This document shows positions 1 to 10,104 of a stretch of 64,000 bases of DNA, piece after piece. Made by a program: the position numbers and the translations under genes. The notes under the pieces were generated by a model that was not told where the DNA came from, searched no databases, and saw nothing but the letters and a program-made list of their open reading frames with translations. Source of the stretch: Candidatus Shapirobacteria bacterium GW2011_GWF2_37_20 (GTDB lineage Bacteria; Patescibacteriota; Microgenomatia; UBA12405); contig LBTB01000004.1 in assembly GCA_000989305.1 (NCBI GenBank), forward strand, positions 12,897-76,896. Reading direction: 5' to 3'. The stretch's first letter is position 1; the number at the start of each line of letters is the position of its first letter.

Positions 1-2166
1 ATGTTTAAGGGGCAAATGAAGAGATTGGCATATTCGTTTGACTGGGAAAGAGAAGTCAATACAAGTGATCCAAATTATTATAAATGGACACAGTGGATTT
101 TTATTCAATTGTTTAAGAAAGGTTTGGCATACAAAAAAGAAATGCCGATAAATTGGTGTCCCAGTTGTAAAACGGGTCTGGCCAACGAGGAAGTTGTAAA
201 TGGAAAATGTGAGAGATGCGGGGCGGAGGTGGAAAGAAGAACCATATCACAATGGGTGGTAAAAATTACAGAATACGCAGATAAACTGATTGAGGGGTTG
301 GAAAAAACGGAATTTATTGATAAGGTAAAAAGGGCACAAATAAATTGGATTGGAAAAAGTGAGGGAGCAAAGATCAGATTTCAGATATCTGATTCCCAAT
401 TGAAAATAAAGGAGTTGGAGGTTTTCACTACCAGGCCGGACACTTTGTATGGGGCGACTTTTATGGTGATAGCACCGGAACATGAATTGGCCTTGGAATT
501 AAGCAAGAGAGACGAAAAAATAAAAAATTATCTAAATGAGAGCAGAAAAAAGAGTGAAATGGAGAGGGCGGAGTTAAACAAAGAAAAAAATGGGGTCTTT
601 TCAGGGCTATATGCGATAAACCCAATAAATAATAAAGAGATTCCAGTTTGGATTTCTGATTTTGTGTTATCAAGTTATGGGACTGGGGCAATTATGTCAG
701 TTCCGGCTCACGATGAAAGGGATCATGCTTTTGCCAAGAAATATAAGTTGAGTATCATACCGGTAATAAGTAAGGAGAACTGGAATTTTGAAGAAAAGGC
801 ATGTTCGGAAGCAAATAGTGGAGTAATGATTAATTCTCCAAAATGGGAGGGATTAAAGCCGGAGGAGGCTATTAAAAAAGCAATTGGGTGGTTAACAGAA
901 AATAAAATAGGGGAAAAGTCTAATTCATACCACTTAAGAGACTGGATATTTAGTCGCCAACATTATTGGGGTGAGCCAATCCCCATGATTTACTGTCAAA
1001 AAGACGGGTGGCAGGCAGTACCAGAAGAAGATTTACCGATACAGTTGCCAGAGATTGAAGTCTATGAGCCAACTGAGGACGGGAAAAGTCCTTTATCCAA
1101 AATAGAGAACTTTGTTAGGTGTAAATGTCCCATTTGTGAAGGTGAGGCTAGGAGAGAAACTGATACAATGCCAAATTGGGCCGGGTCGGATTGGTATTAT
1201 TTGGCGTACTGTTTTGCAAAAAAATTAAAAAATGGGGGACAGGATAATTTTAATAGTGATTTAGATTCAAACAGGGTATTTGTTGATATATTTAGTAATA
1301 GTTCTAAAGAACTTAAAAAATGGTGTCCAGTTGATGTTTATGTTGGTGGTGATGAGCATAATACTCTTCATTTACTGTATTCCCGATTTATTTATCAGTT
1401 TTTGAGTGAAATTGGAGTGCTTCCGAATGAATTACCAGAACCATATTATAAAAGGATTTCCCATGGAGTAATTTTAGGTCCAGATAATCAGAGGATGAGT
1501 AAGTCGAAGGGAAATGTGATTGTACCGGAGACGGTGATTGATATATACGGGGTCGATGTGTTGAGGATGTATTTAATGTTTATGGGACCATTTGAGGGTG
1601 TAATGGCCTGGAATGAAAAGACGCTGATGGGAGTAAAGAGATTTTTAGACAGATTTAGTCTATTGATTGATAATCAAATTAAATTAGGACTTGATAGCAG
1701 TGAGAAATCAAAAGTGTTAATTAATAAAACAATACAGGGGATAAGCCGGGACTATGAGAGTTTTGGATTTAATACGGCGGTGGCAAAACTAATGGAAGCG
1801 GTAAATCGCCTTGATTTAATGGGGAAAGAGGAGTTAAAGGTTATGGTTCAGTTGCTGTCTCCCATGGCTCCGCATACGGCAGAAGAGTTGTGGCAGAGAC
1901 TGGGAGGTAAAGGATCGGTTCACCAAAGTAGTTGGCCGATACATGATAAGAAATATTTGAATAAAGATAAGATAAGCCTGCCGATTGCAATAAACGGGAA
2001 AGTAAGAGAAGTAATTGAACTGGATACAGAGAGGGTTAATGATAAAGAATATTTAATGTCAGCAATTGAGTCCAGCGAGAAATTAATGAAATGGTTAGAA
2101 GGAAAAGAAATTGTGAAGGAGATATTAGTCCCCGGAAAGATGCTGAACCTAGTAATAAAAGGATAA
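1..2166 (+). CDS. leuS: Leucyl-tRNA synthetase, C-terminal 721 aa (5' end lies outside the window)
   Basis: HYWGEPIP and KMSKS (MSKSKGN) class I aaRS motifs. A LeuS editing/anticodon-binding region is present. The ORF opens at the window edge. Confidence 0.95.
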   Translation: MFKGQMKRLAYSFDWEREVNTSDPNYYKWTQWIFIQLFKKGLAYKKEMPINWCPSCKTGLANEEVVNGKCERCGAEVERRTISQWVVKITEYADKLIEGLEKTEFIDKVKRAQINWIGKSEGAKIRFQISDSQLKIKELEVFTTRPDTLYGATFMVIAPEHELALELSKRDEKIKNYLNESRKKSEMERAELNKEKNGVFSGLYAINPINNKEIPVWISDFVLSSYGTGAIMSVPAHDERDHAFAKKYKLSIIPVISKENWNFEEKACSEANSGVMINSPKWEGLKPEEAIKKAIGWLTENKIGEKSNSYHLRDWIFSRQHYWGEPIPMIYCQKDGWQAVPEEDLPIQLPEIEVYEPTEDGKSPLSKIENFVRCKCPICEGEARRETDTMPNWAGSDWYYLAYCFAKKLKNGGQDNFNSDLDSNRVFVDIFSNSSKELKKWCPVDVYVGGDEHNTLHLLYSRFIYQFLSEIGVLPNELPEPYYKRISHGVILGPDNQRMSKSKGNVIVPETVIDIYGVDVLRMYLMFMGPFEGVMAWNEKTLMGVKRFLDRFSLLIDNQIKLGLDSSEKSKVLINKTIQGISRDYESFGFNTAVAKLMEAVNRLDLMGKEELKVMVQLLSPMAPHTAEELWQRLGGKGSVHQSSWPIHDKKYLNKDKISLPIAINGKVREVIELDTERVNDKEYLMSAIESSEKLMKWLEGKEIVKEILVPGKMLNLVIKG

Positions 2167-2634
2167 AAGAGCTTAATTAGCAGTGTTTTTACTTTAGTGC
2201 TATGGGTTTTAAAAACTATTTTTTAATGGCATTGTCGGACATCTTTTTAAGTGTAATAGTATTGATAGAATTGGTGTTTTAATCTGAAGAAAAATATAAT
2301 AATGGATGAAAAATGATTTTATTTGAGTTATTTAAATGGAGGATTTGACTAGAATTAATTATTCACTTAAGGAGGATTAAATAATTGTTATTTTTTAGTA
2401 AATATTTACTTAAATACATTACGTAATGCGGTAAATATGATATTGATAAGTGTTTAATGATATTAAAATATTATCGTTATGTTAACGATAAGTGCGGAGA
2501 TATATGTTTTGGTTAATTATACAAAACATACGGAGAAAAACGCGGAGAAAGGGAATTTTATGCGGATAATAATATATTTTTAGGATTATATGTTGCGGAG
2601 AAAGCTGAACTGGGTGTAATAATTGGACTGAATG

Positions 2635-2706
2635 TATCCCCAGGTGGAATCGAACCACCATTTCAGGTTTAGGAAACCCGCGTTCTATCCATTGAACTAT
2701 AGGGAC
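2635..2706 (-). tRNA. tRNA-Arg (anticodon CCT)
   Basis: Cloverleaf folded by hand on the reverse complement. Acceptor stem GTCCCTA/TGGGGAT, T-arm GGTGG-TTCGATT-CCACC, anticodon loop TTCCTAA. Confidence 0.8.
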
Positions 2707-2714
2707 AGATAATG

Positions 2715-2792
2715 TGGTCGGGGATGGGAGATTCGAACTCCCAACCTCGCGCACCCGATGCGCGCGCGCTAGCCAATTGCGCCAATCCCCGA
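2715..2792 (-). tRNA. tRNA-Pro (anticodon CGG), CCA encoded
   Basis: Reverse complement folds as a cloverleaf. Acceptor CGGGGAT/ATCCCCG, anticodon loop ATCGGGT with G37, T-loop TTCGAAT, 3' ACCA. Confidence 0.8.
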
Positions 2793-2978
2793 TTTTGTTC
2801 AGTTAAAGTCTAGTTATTTTAACACGCGAAGCTGGTGTTATATTTAGTTACCTTTTTTATGCTTTAGTAATACTTGTAAAGGATTTTAGTGGTCAGAAAT
2901 AGCAGTGAGAAGTTGTTGTTGCCAGCTAGTAGGGCGGGCATTAAAGGGTTGTGAGTATGGGGTTTATTTGATATATGA

Positions 2979-3362
2979 TTGACAAAATTCTCCAATATAT
3001 TTAGACTGATTGAAATGACAAATTTTGATAGAAACACTAGGACTTTGATTGTAAGTTTTTTGGTAGCAATTTTTGCATTAATCCCTTTACGCTTCATTGA
3101 GGCGGGAGAACAAAGAAGTTTTATTGGAGACGCTCAGGTTTTAGGAGAAAGTAGCAGTGTGCAGGTTTATGAAGACAACGGTAAGGCCGAAATTAAGTTT
3201 GAGGCTCCGTATGACAAATTGGAAACATGTGCTAGCAGGGAAAAAGTGACTGCAATGGAAAATGAAATTGTTGAAAAGCTGAATAATTCAGAGTTGAGTG
3301 AAGATCAAATAGATTTAATATTAGATGAGTTGAGAAAAGTAGAAACTAGTGTCTGCCAGTAG
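2979..3362 (+). CDS. Small hypothetical protein with one predicted TM helix
   Basis: ORF with hydrophobic segment LIVSFLVAIFALIPL. The start is uncertain; MTNFDR at 3015 is also possible. Confidence 0.4.
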   Translation: MTKFSNIFRLIEMTNFDRNTRTLIVSFLVAIFALIPLRFIEAGEQRSFIGDAQVLGESSSVQVYEDNGKAEIKFEAPYDKLETCASREKVTAMENEIVEKLNNSELSEDQIDLILDELRKVETSVCQ

Positions 3363-4574
3363 TTAACGGTCTTTTATGGTGACTGAAAAAAGGTTTTCTG
3401 GATTGTTCTTGGAAGTAGAGATGGAGATGATAAGACGATAACCATCCGGAGTGGGAAGAAGAATTTTTGGGGGAAGGTATTCAGTTGAGTAAACACTTTG
3501 GTAATTGGTGTGGTCGTATTCAACAACACCAATACTTTTGTCCTGAATGAAAACCAAATTATTAGAGTAGGGAATCCAGGATATTTGACTTATGGCGGTG
3601 TTACCAATAAGAAAGTTGGTATCATCTTTGAAATCATAAATGTAGTAGGAGTCTTTTTGAAGAGTGCGTTGTTGAGCTTGAGTGCTTTGGGTGGGAGGAG
3701 GAGTGATAAAGCGCTCAGAAAGCGTGGCACTTTCAGAGGCCTGGTACAAGATTTTGTCTTCGGAAGTGTTAAAAGCTAATACTGTTGAGTCAGTGGCAAT
3801 AACTGATTTAAGTTCGAGGGGGAGTTTTTCTAATTTGTTTTGAATAGTCTGTGATTGAATGTTTTGCCAATCTTTTTTTATTTGGGGTAGACGGGAGGAA
3901 ATATCAAACAGATTTTTTGAATCAAGAGTCTGGTCAAGAGAAATAAGATAGACATTGGGGTTGGTTTTCGAGGTGGCGAGAATTTGTTTGGAGTTGGGAG
4001 AGAATTCAAAGGAATATTTTGACCAATCAAGATAGGGGAGGTTGGGAGATAAAAATCTTTGAGTATTTTTACTCATAAGTAGAGGCAATTCAGTCAGTTC
4101 TAACAAATATAGCCCGTTTTCTTTGCTGGTGGCTGAAGTAGAAGCAACGGCATATATAATTTTTGTGGAATCAGGACTAACAACTGGATTGATAATTTTG
4201 CCTTGAGTAATTGGTTTTAAATCAAATGAGGAGCGAAATAGTTGAGCATCGGCCTGATAAACGAGTTCTGGCTTTATTTCGATATTTTTTTTCCAAGCAT
4301 AATAGCCATCTTTACTGATTTTTATTTGATAATTTCCAGGATTGAGGTTGAGGGTGTCGTCGGTGGCGGTGACTAATAGGTCGTCGACATATACACTGGC
4401 AGATTTTGGTTTAGAGGTAGCCGAGAGTAGGCCGGTAACCTTGAGCTTGAAACCATTGTTTGGGTCCAGGCGGTAACCTCTGGCAAAAATTGAAATAAAG
4501 AGGGTGGCACTGATGACAATGGAGGCCACCGAAAGAATTATTAGGAGACTTTTTCGGTTAGAATTTGAATGCAT
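3363..4574 (-). CDS. Membrane-anchored PEGA-domain / TolB-like beta-propeller protein
   Basis: N-terminal TM helix. PEGA-like segment YQIKISKDGYYAWKKNIEIKP. Repeated SPDS/SPNS propeller-like motifs. Confidence 0.6.
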   Translation of the reverse strand: MHSNSNRKSLLIILSVASIVISATLFISIFARGYRLDPNNGFKLKVTGLLSATSKPKSASVYVDDLLVTATDDTLNLNPGNYQIKISKDGYYAWKKNIEIKPELVYQADAQLFRSSFDLKPITQGKIINPVVSPDSTKIIYAVASTSATSKENGLYLLELTELPLLMSKNTQRFLSPNLPYLDWSKYSFEFSPNSKQILATSKTNPNVYLISLDQTLDSKNLFDISSRLPQIKKDWQNIQSQTIQNKLEKLPLELKSVIATDSTVLAFNTSEDKILYQASESATLSERFITPPPTQSTQAQQRTLQKDSYYIYDFKDDTNFLIGNTAISQISWIPYSNNLVFIQDKSIGVVEYDHTNYQSVYSTEYLPPKILLPTPDGYRLIISISTSKNNPENLFSVTIKDR

Positions 4575-4593
4575 TAGTGTATTATATAGAATT

Positions 4594-5595
4594 ATGAGCT
4601 GGATAAGAAAGTTGGCAATAGATTTGGGGACTTCAAATTGTACTATTTGGGGCGAAAATGAAGGAATATTGTTAACTGAACCATCGGTAGTGGCAATTGA
4701 GGCTGAGGGTGGAAAGGTGCTGGCGGCCGGGAGTGAGGCGAAAAAAATGGAAGGAAAAACACCTGATTATATTGAGATTATTAAACCGATAGAATTTGGA
4801 GCGGTAGTGAACTATGAAGCGGCGGTGGGGATGCTAAGGTGGTTTTTAAGAGAAGTGATGGGTTCGGCGTGGTTGTTGGGGCCGGAAGTAATGGTGACGG
4901 TGGCGTCGGGATTGACCCAAGTTGAACAAAGAGCGGTGTTAGATGCGGTGTTGGAGGCTGGCGCAAGAAAAGTCTATTTAATTGATAGTCCGTTGGCGGC
5001 GGCAATTGGGGCAAAAATACCGATTTCAGAGCCATTTGGAAATATGGTGGTGAATATGGGGGGGGGAATAATTGAGGCGGCCGTGGTGGCTTCAGGAGGG
5101 GTGGTGGCTAGTAAATGTTTTCGTAGTGGAGGAAGTAGGTTAGATGAGTCACTTGAGGAATATTTAAAAAGAAAATATAGTTTAGCGGTGGGTGATCAGA
5201 CTGTAGAGCTGGTTAAGATTAAGCTGGGAACCGCAGTAAAGTTAAAAAAAACAGAAACGCTATCTATTAGTGGTCGGGATCTGGTTTATGGTTTACCAAA
5301 GAGCCTAGAATTAAACTCTGATGAAATATTTGAGGTAATCAGACCAATGCTTGACGAGGTGATACTGGTGGTGAGAGAGACACTGCAAGTGACACCTCCT
5401 GAATTAGTGGCGGATATTGCCGACAGGGGGATTGTATTAGTGGGGGCTGCATCAAAATTAAGAAACCTAGCATTGTTGTTAACGAGGGAAATTGGTGTAT
5501 CAGTACATCTGTCAATTGACTCGGAAACTTGTGTTATTAAGGGAGCAGGAATGGCAATGGAGAATTTGGAAACGTATCGTAAATCGGTAAGGTGA
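4594..5595 (+). CDS. mreB: Rod-shape determining actin homologue MreB
   Basis: IDLGTSNC phosphate-1 motif followed by EPSVVA. Full-length actin-fold ATPase. Start trimmed to the Met immediately before IDLGT. Confidence 0.85.
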   Translation: MSWIRKLAIDLGTSNCTIWGENEGILLTEPSVVAIEAEGGKVLAAGSEAKKMEGKTPDYIEIIKPIEFGAVVNYEAAVGMLRWFLREVMGSAWLLGPEVMVTVASGLTQVEQRAVLDAVLEAGARKVYLIDSPLAAAIGAKIPISEPFGNMVVNMGGGIIEAAVVASGGVVASKCFRSGGSRLDESLEEYLKRKYSLAVGDQTVELVKIKLGTAVKLKKTETLSISGRDLVYGLPKSLELNSDEIFEVIRPMLDEVILVVRETLQVTPPELVADIADRGIVLVGAASKLRNLALLLTREIGVSVHLSIDSETCVIKGAGMAMENLETYRKSVR

Positions 5596-5959
5596 TATAG
5601 ATAATATTTACATCTTATATAAATATTATTGATATGATAAGGACGATTGATATAGTTAGAAATTAATTCCTATAATATATATAATCGAAAAAAATATATA
5701 TTTTTTAATAAAATTTAAGTTAAAGACTAAAGATGGGGAATATTGATGAGTAATAAATTTGTTCGATATGGCAAAAAATACCAGTTTGTATTTATTAAAA
5801 AAAAGTTCTTATAGTATATATAGTAGGAAAGAGTGATATAGTTAAGACCATCCTAAATATGTTATCTTTTATAGGATACGTAATGTAAGTATTTAATGTG
5901 TAAAAGACGAGAGAGGCCTAGTTTTTTAGACGAAAGTCATTTATTATAAGTTAAGAATA

Positions 5960-6799
5960 ATGAAAAAAATGCAATCTGGAGATCAAAAAAAAGACCCGAA
6001 AAGTGGTAGAAATGCCATAAAGTACTGGAAAATGTTTGATATACGCTTTTTTGGCAGTAGTACTGATAAACTGCTAAGGATGTTGTTGGGAAGAATTGAG
6101 GCTGGTAAAGGTAAAATATGGCTAACCACGGTTAATACGGAGTTTGTGATGGCCGCAAGAAGAGACAAGTATTTTGCGGATATTATCAATAAAAGTGATG
6201 TAAAGGTGGTTGACGGAATTGGTTTACTTTGGGCAAAAGAGGTATTAAAAAGCCCGAAAGGAATAAGGAGATGGGTAAAAGGACTTGGAGTAGGAATAGA
6301 AATTCTTCAAGGGAAGAGACGTGAATGCTTGATATCCGGGTCGGATTTAATTTTAAATTTAAGTGAAATGGCAACAAAAGAAAAACAAAAAATTTTTCTA
6401 TTAGGTGGTTGGGAAAATAGGGCAGAGAGGAGTGGTAAATTTTTGGCAAAAAAATTTCCGGGTCTAAATTATAGTTTTTGCCAGGGAGAGCCGGAGCAAA
6501 AAAATGACGAAGTAATAAGTCGAATAAACAAATTTGAGCCAGACTATTTACTGGTGGCTTACGGTATGAAAAGACAAGAAGAATGGATTAAAAATAATTT
6601 GGCTAAGCTAAAGGTCAGGGTGGCGGTGGGGGTGGGGAGAAGCTTTGATTATTACAGTGGAGCTTTAAAGAGGGCTCCACCATGGATGAGAAAGATGGGC
6701 TTGGAGTGGTTATATAGCCTGATTAAAGAACCAAAGAGGTGGAAAAGACAATTGGTGTTGCCAAGGTTTATTTGGATGGTGTTAACTGAAATTACCTAA
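5960..6799 (+). CDS. WecG/TagA/CpsF family (GT26) glycosyltransferase
   Basis: GLEWLYSLIKEPKRWKR C-terminal signature of the WecB/TagA/CpsF family. The start may be the internal Met near 6032. Confidence 0.7.
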   Translation: MKKMQSGDQKKDPKSGRNAIKYWKMFDIRFFGSSTDKLLRMLLGRIEAGKGKIWLTTVNTEFVMAARRDKYFADIINKSDVKVVDGIGLLWAKEVLKSPKGIRRWVKGLGVGIEILQGKRRECLISGSDLILNLSEMATKEKQKIFLLGGWENRAERSGKFLAKKFPGLNYSFCQGEPEQKNDEVISRINKFEPDYLLVAYGMKRQEEWIKNNLAKLKVRVAVGVGRSFDYYSGALKRAPPWMRKMGLEWLYSLIKEPKRWKRQLVLPRFIWMVLTEIT

Positions 6800-7660
6800 G
6801 AATTTAATTTCTGGTTCTAAGGTGATATTTAGTTTAGATTTGGCTTCGGATTGAATTTTTTTAACGACTGCGTAATAATCAGCGGCAGTAGCATGGCCGA
6901 GGTTGAGAATAAAGTTGCCGTGAAGAGGGCTAATTTGAGCATCTCCTATTTGGAATCCTTTTAAATTAAGCTCTTGATCGATGATGCGGCCAGCAAAGTC
7001 GGCTGGATGCCCAGTTCTGGCTGGTAAATTTTTAAAGACAGAACCGAGAGAATTCATAGACTGAGTTTGGAGTTTTTTGGTGATAATATCAATTACCTTT
7101 TGTCTTGAGGTGTCAGCATCGCCCGGAGTTAGTTGAAAGATGGCGGAGAGGATGATTAGGTTTGGTTTGGTAGCAAATTCTGAGGTGTCGTAAGACCATT
7201 TCAAGATGTTGGATTTTAGGGAATAGGTTTTAGATTGTTCTAAATCGAAGACTTGAATTTCTGTAAGAAATCTATCAAAGTTGTTCTTGTTGATTCCGTG
7301 AATATTGCCAAAAATGGCACCACCGATAGATGAGGGAATATAGGCAAACTCTTCAAGGCCGGAGAGGGAATGATTGATAGTGTCGGTAATTAATAAGGGG
7401 AGATTGACACCTGAATCAACCTTAACCTGGTTGTTGGGTAAATATTCAATAGAATTTGACATGTTTTTAATGACTGTCCCACGGATACCGGAATCGGAGA
7501 TTAAAACATTAGAGCCGTTGCCGAGGATGGTAACATTTTGATATTTTTTTAAAGCCTCAATAAATTCGGCTGTAGTGTTGGTAATAATGAAAGTGTCAGC
7601 GGGACCGCCTATTTTGACGGTAGTATAAGGGGCTAGGGGATGATTTAGGTAAGTTTCCAT
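6782..7660 (-). CDS. murB: UDP-N-acetylenolpyruvoylglucosamine reductase MurB
   Basis: APYTTVKIGGPAD and GNGSNVL FAD-binding motifs. Length 292 aa. Confidence 0.85.
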   Translation of the reverse strand: METYLNHPLAPYTTVKIGGPADTFIITNTTAEFIEALKKYQNVTILGNGSNVLISDSGIRGTVIKNMSNSIEYLPNNQVKVDSGVNLPLLITDTINHSLSGLEEFAYIPSSIGGAIFGNIHGINKNNFDRFLTEIQVFDLEQSKTYSLKSNILKWSYDTSEFATKPNLIILSAIFQLTPGDADTSRQKVIDIITKKLQTQSMNSLGSVFKNLPARTGHPADFAGRIIDQELNLKGFQIGDAQISPLHGNFILNLGHATAADYYAVVKKIQSEAKSKLNITLEPEIKFLGNFS

Positions 7661-7788
7661 GCCTAATTATATATTAAATATATTATTTATAATAAAAAGG
7701 CTTATATATATAATATATATTGTTATTTTGTGGATAAGTGGGTAAATTGTTTTGTGGCTTATAATATTTAATAGGGTAAAATGAACTA

Positions 7789-8604
7789 ATGAGGAATTGG
7801 AAAAGAGCTTGGCTAGTAACAACGCTAATTGTTTTTAGTGCTGGAATTGCTTGGATGTTTGAGGGAAATCAAAAACAAGTTAATATTGGTGGTGTTGTGT
7901 TACCAAAGCCAACTATTATTGAAAATAAATTAAAAATTGCAGTGATGGCGGATATTCACAACGACGAAGAGGAATTAAGAATAATGCTGAAGAAAGCCAA
8001 GGGCAACGGAGTTGAAATGGTGGTGCTGGCTGGTGATTTAACTAATAATGGGAAAACAAGTGAGCTGATTAAGATAAAGGAGGTTTTGGATGAATCAGGG
8101 GTGAAATATGCGGCTGTGCCTGGAAATCATGAGTATTATATTGACGAATTTGTAAAAATATTTGGAAAAAATTACCAGAGTATAAGATTGGGAGAAGTGA
8201 AGTTAATTTTGGTGGATAATAGCTACTGGAAAGGCTTGGATGAGGTGCATAAAAAATGGTTAGAGGGTGAGGTGGGTGAGTGTAGGGTGCTGATTTGTGT
8301 CGCAGTGATGCATAAGCCCTTAAATAATTTGTTTTCGAGCCATGTAATGGGTGAGAATAATGATAAGGCAACGGCAGAAGCATTATGGATGAGAGAATTA
8401 TTAATAACTTTCGGAGTCAGGCAAATTGAAGCGGGACATTTACATTATGCGAGCTCGTATGAGCTCGAAGGAATAAGAACGGATATAGTGGGGGCGGTTT
8501 CCAGGGAGAGAAATAATCAAAGTCCCAGGTATACTGAATTAATGATCGGTAGAGATTTAATAGAGAGAGTTGTGGTGGAGGAAACAGATGGTATTGGGAA
8601 TTGA
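7789..8604 (+). CDS. Calcineurin-like metallophosphoesterase with N-terminal TM helix
   Basis: DIHNDEE, GDLTNNG and GNHEY metallophosphatase motifs. Confidence 0.8.
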   Translation: MRNWKRAWLVTTLIVFSAGIAWMFEGNQKQVNIGGVVLPKPTIIENKLKIAVMADIHNDEEELRIMLKKAKGNGVEMVVLAGDLTNNGKTSELIKIKEVLDESGVKYAAVPGNHEYYIDEFVKIFGKNYQSIRLGEVKLILVDNSYWKGLDEVHKKWLEGEVGECRVLICVAVMHKPLNNLFSSHVMGENNDKATAEALWMRELLITFGVRQIEAGHLHYASSYELEGIRTDIVGAVSRERNNQSPRYTELMIGRDLIERVVVEETDGIGN

Positions 8605-9021
8605 TCCAGGGTTGGAAAATACAGGGTGGGGGGTAGTGGAGAATAATAAGTTGGTGGAATGTGGAGTAATTTTAACTACTAATAAGGATAAAAGTGAAGA
8701 TAGGTTGGAAAAAATTTTTGAAGAAATACAGAAAATTATTAAAAAATATAAAGTGGATGAGGTGGCAATGGAAAGTTTATTTTTTGCCAAAAATGTCAGA
8801 AGTGCGATGACGGTGGCGGAGGCGATAGGGGTGATAAACCAATTTTTGAATACACACCGCTACAGATAAAAATGGCTTTGGTTGGGTATGGGCGGGCGGA
8901 GAAAGAACAGGTGGAGTTGATGGTGAGGGATTGTTTGGGTCTTGAAGAACCAATAACACCCGGCCACGCCTCGGATGCGGTGGCAGCAGCTTTGACGCAT
9001 GAGTTTACAATGAGGCTATAA
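8588..9021 (+). CDS. ruvC: Holliday junction resolvase RuvC, interrupted by a -1 frame discontinuity near 8843-8850 (pseudogene, frameshift or indel)
   Basis: N-terminal part [17 protein letters not shown] reads in one frame up to 8869. The C-terminal part [22 protein letters not shown]...[11 protein letters not shown] continues in another frame up to 9021. The junction lies at a T5 run; a sixth T would restore one ORF. Confidence 0.7.
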
Positions 9022-9065
9022 CCAGTTGATTTGTAATATATATTATGGGTGAGATATAATTTGTT

Positions 9066-10061
9066 ATGGCAGCCTATGAAAAGGAAAAATTGTATAAGGA
9101 ATATCAGAAAAGAAAGGAATCACTTGAAAAATTAAAGGAATCGGTGGTTACCGATATCAGTAGTCTATTAAAGAGTAGGGGTATTGTGGTGAATACCGTG
9201 AAAGGAAGGGTTAAGGATTTTGAAAGTTTTTATCAGAAGATCGAGAGATTAGCGGAATCTGGAGCCTTGTTCGATTCTCCTTGTGATGAAATTCAGGACC
9301 TCGTTGGAGTTCGAATTGTATTATTGTTTGTTAGTGATTTGGATAAGGTTGAATCAATGTTGGGGTCTGTTTTTAAGGTAAAATCAAAAAAAAGATTTAG
9401 TGAAAATATGCCAGATAATCAGTTTGGATATCAGTCGGATCACTATGTTTTAATGTATGGAAACAAGGTAAGGGGGCCTCAATATGGTGAGGTAAAAGAT
9501 ATTAATTTTGAATTACAGGTTCGAACTGTATTGATGGATGCTTGGGACTCTGTTTCTCATGAATTAGACTATAAGAACGATATTCCGATACCATCAAACA
9601 TGAGAAGGGTTTTTTATGGATTAAGTGGTCTTTTTGTGGTTGCTGATCAACAATTTCAACAAATGAACGAATTAATAATAAAGAATAGAAAAGGTAAAAA
9701 GGTGATTGGAAGACCGATTGATTTATTGGAAAGAGAGATTAATTTAGATACTTTAATGGCATATGGTGAATATAAGTTTCAAGATCGGTTTGTAAAGAAG
9801 GATAAAATAAAAAGTGGAGTTGATAAATACTATTTTGAGTTAGCGAAAGAAATTGAACAGCTAAGAAAATACAATTCGATAGCTGATATTGATGAAATTG
9901 TTGATAAGCGTATCTCCGAGGTTTATGCAAAAGAAAAAAAAGAACATGGAGGGGGAACGGTCTTTTTTACGGTAATAGGATTGATTAGGGTGGCTTTGAC
10001 CATGGAGGATCCTGATTATGCATTACTTTTGAAAAATAAGGCTGTGCACACTAAAGAATAG
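9066..10061 (+). CDS. RelA/SpoT-domain small alarmone synthetase-like protein with an extra C-terminal domain of about 95 aa
   Basis: Alignable by eye to RelQ/RelP. Motifs: GRVKDFESF, DLVGVRIV, GYQSDHYV, ELQVRTVLMDAWDSVSHELDYK. Total length 331 aa versus about 210-230 aa for typical SAS proteins. Confidence 0.75.
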   Translation: MAAYEKEKLYKEYQKRKESLEKLKESVVTDISSLLKSRGIVVNTVKGRVKDFESFYQKIERLAESGALFDSPCDEIQDLVGVRIVLLFVSDLDKVESMLGSVFKVKSKKRFSENMPDNQFGYQSDHYVLMYGNKVRGPQYGEVKDINFELQVRTVLMDAWDSVSHELDYKNDIPIPSNMRRVFYGLSGLFVVADQQFQQMNELIIKNRKGKKVIGRPIDLLEREINLDTLMAYGEYKFQDRFVKKDKIKSGVDKYYFELAKEIEQLRKYNSIADIDEIVDKRISEVYAKEKKEHGGGTVFFTVIGLIRVALTMEDPDYALLLKNKAVHTKE

Positions 10062-10104
10062 TGTTCGGCTTTTGTTCGGTCGGGGAAAATGTTATGATGA
10101 GTTT

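Noticed and set aside
2482-2754. Track ORF of 90 aa on the minus strand
   Set aside because: It lies entirely over the two tRNA genes and is a spurious reading of tRNA sequence.
3498-3779. Antisense or embedded track ORFs such as 3498-3779, 4781-5035, 8069-8383, 20711-21345, 36172-36958 and others
   Set aside because: They overlap well-supported conserved genes on the opposite strand or in other frames, and have low-complexity products.
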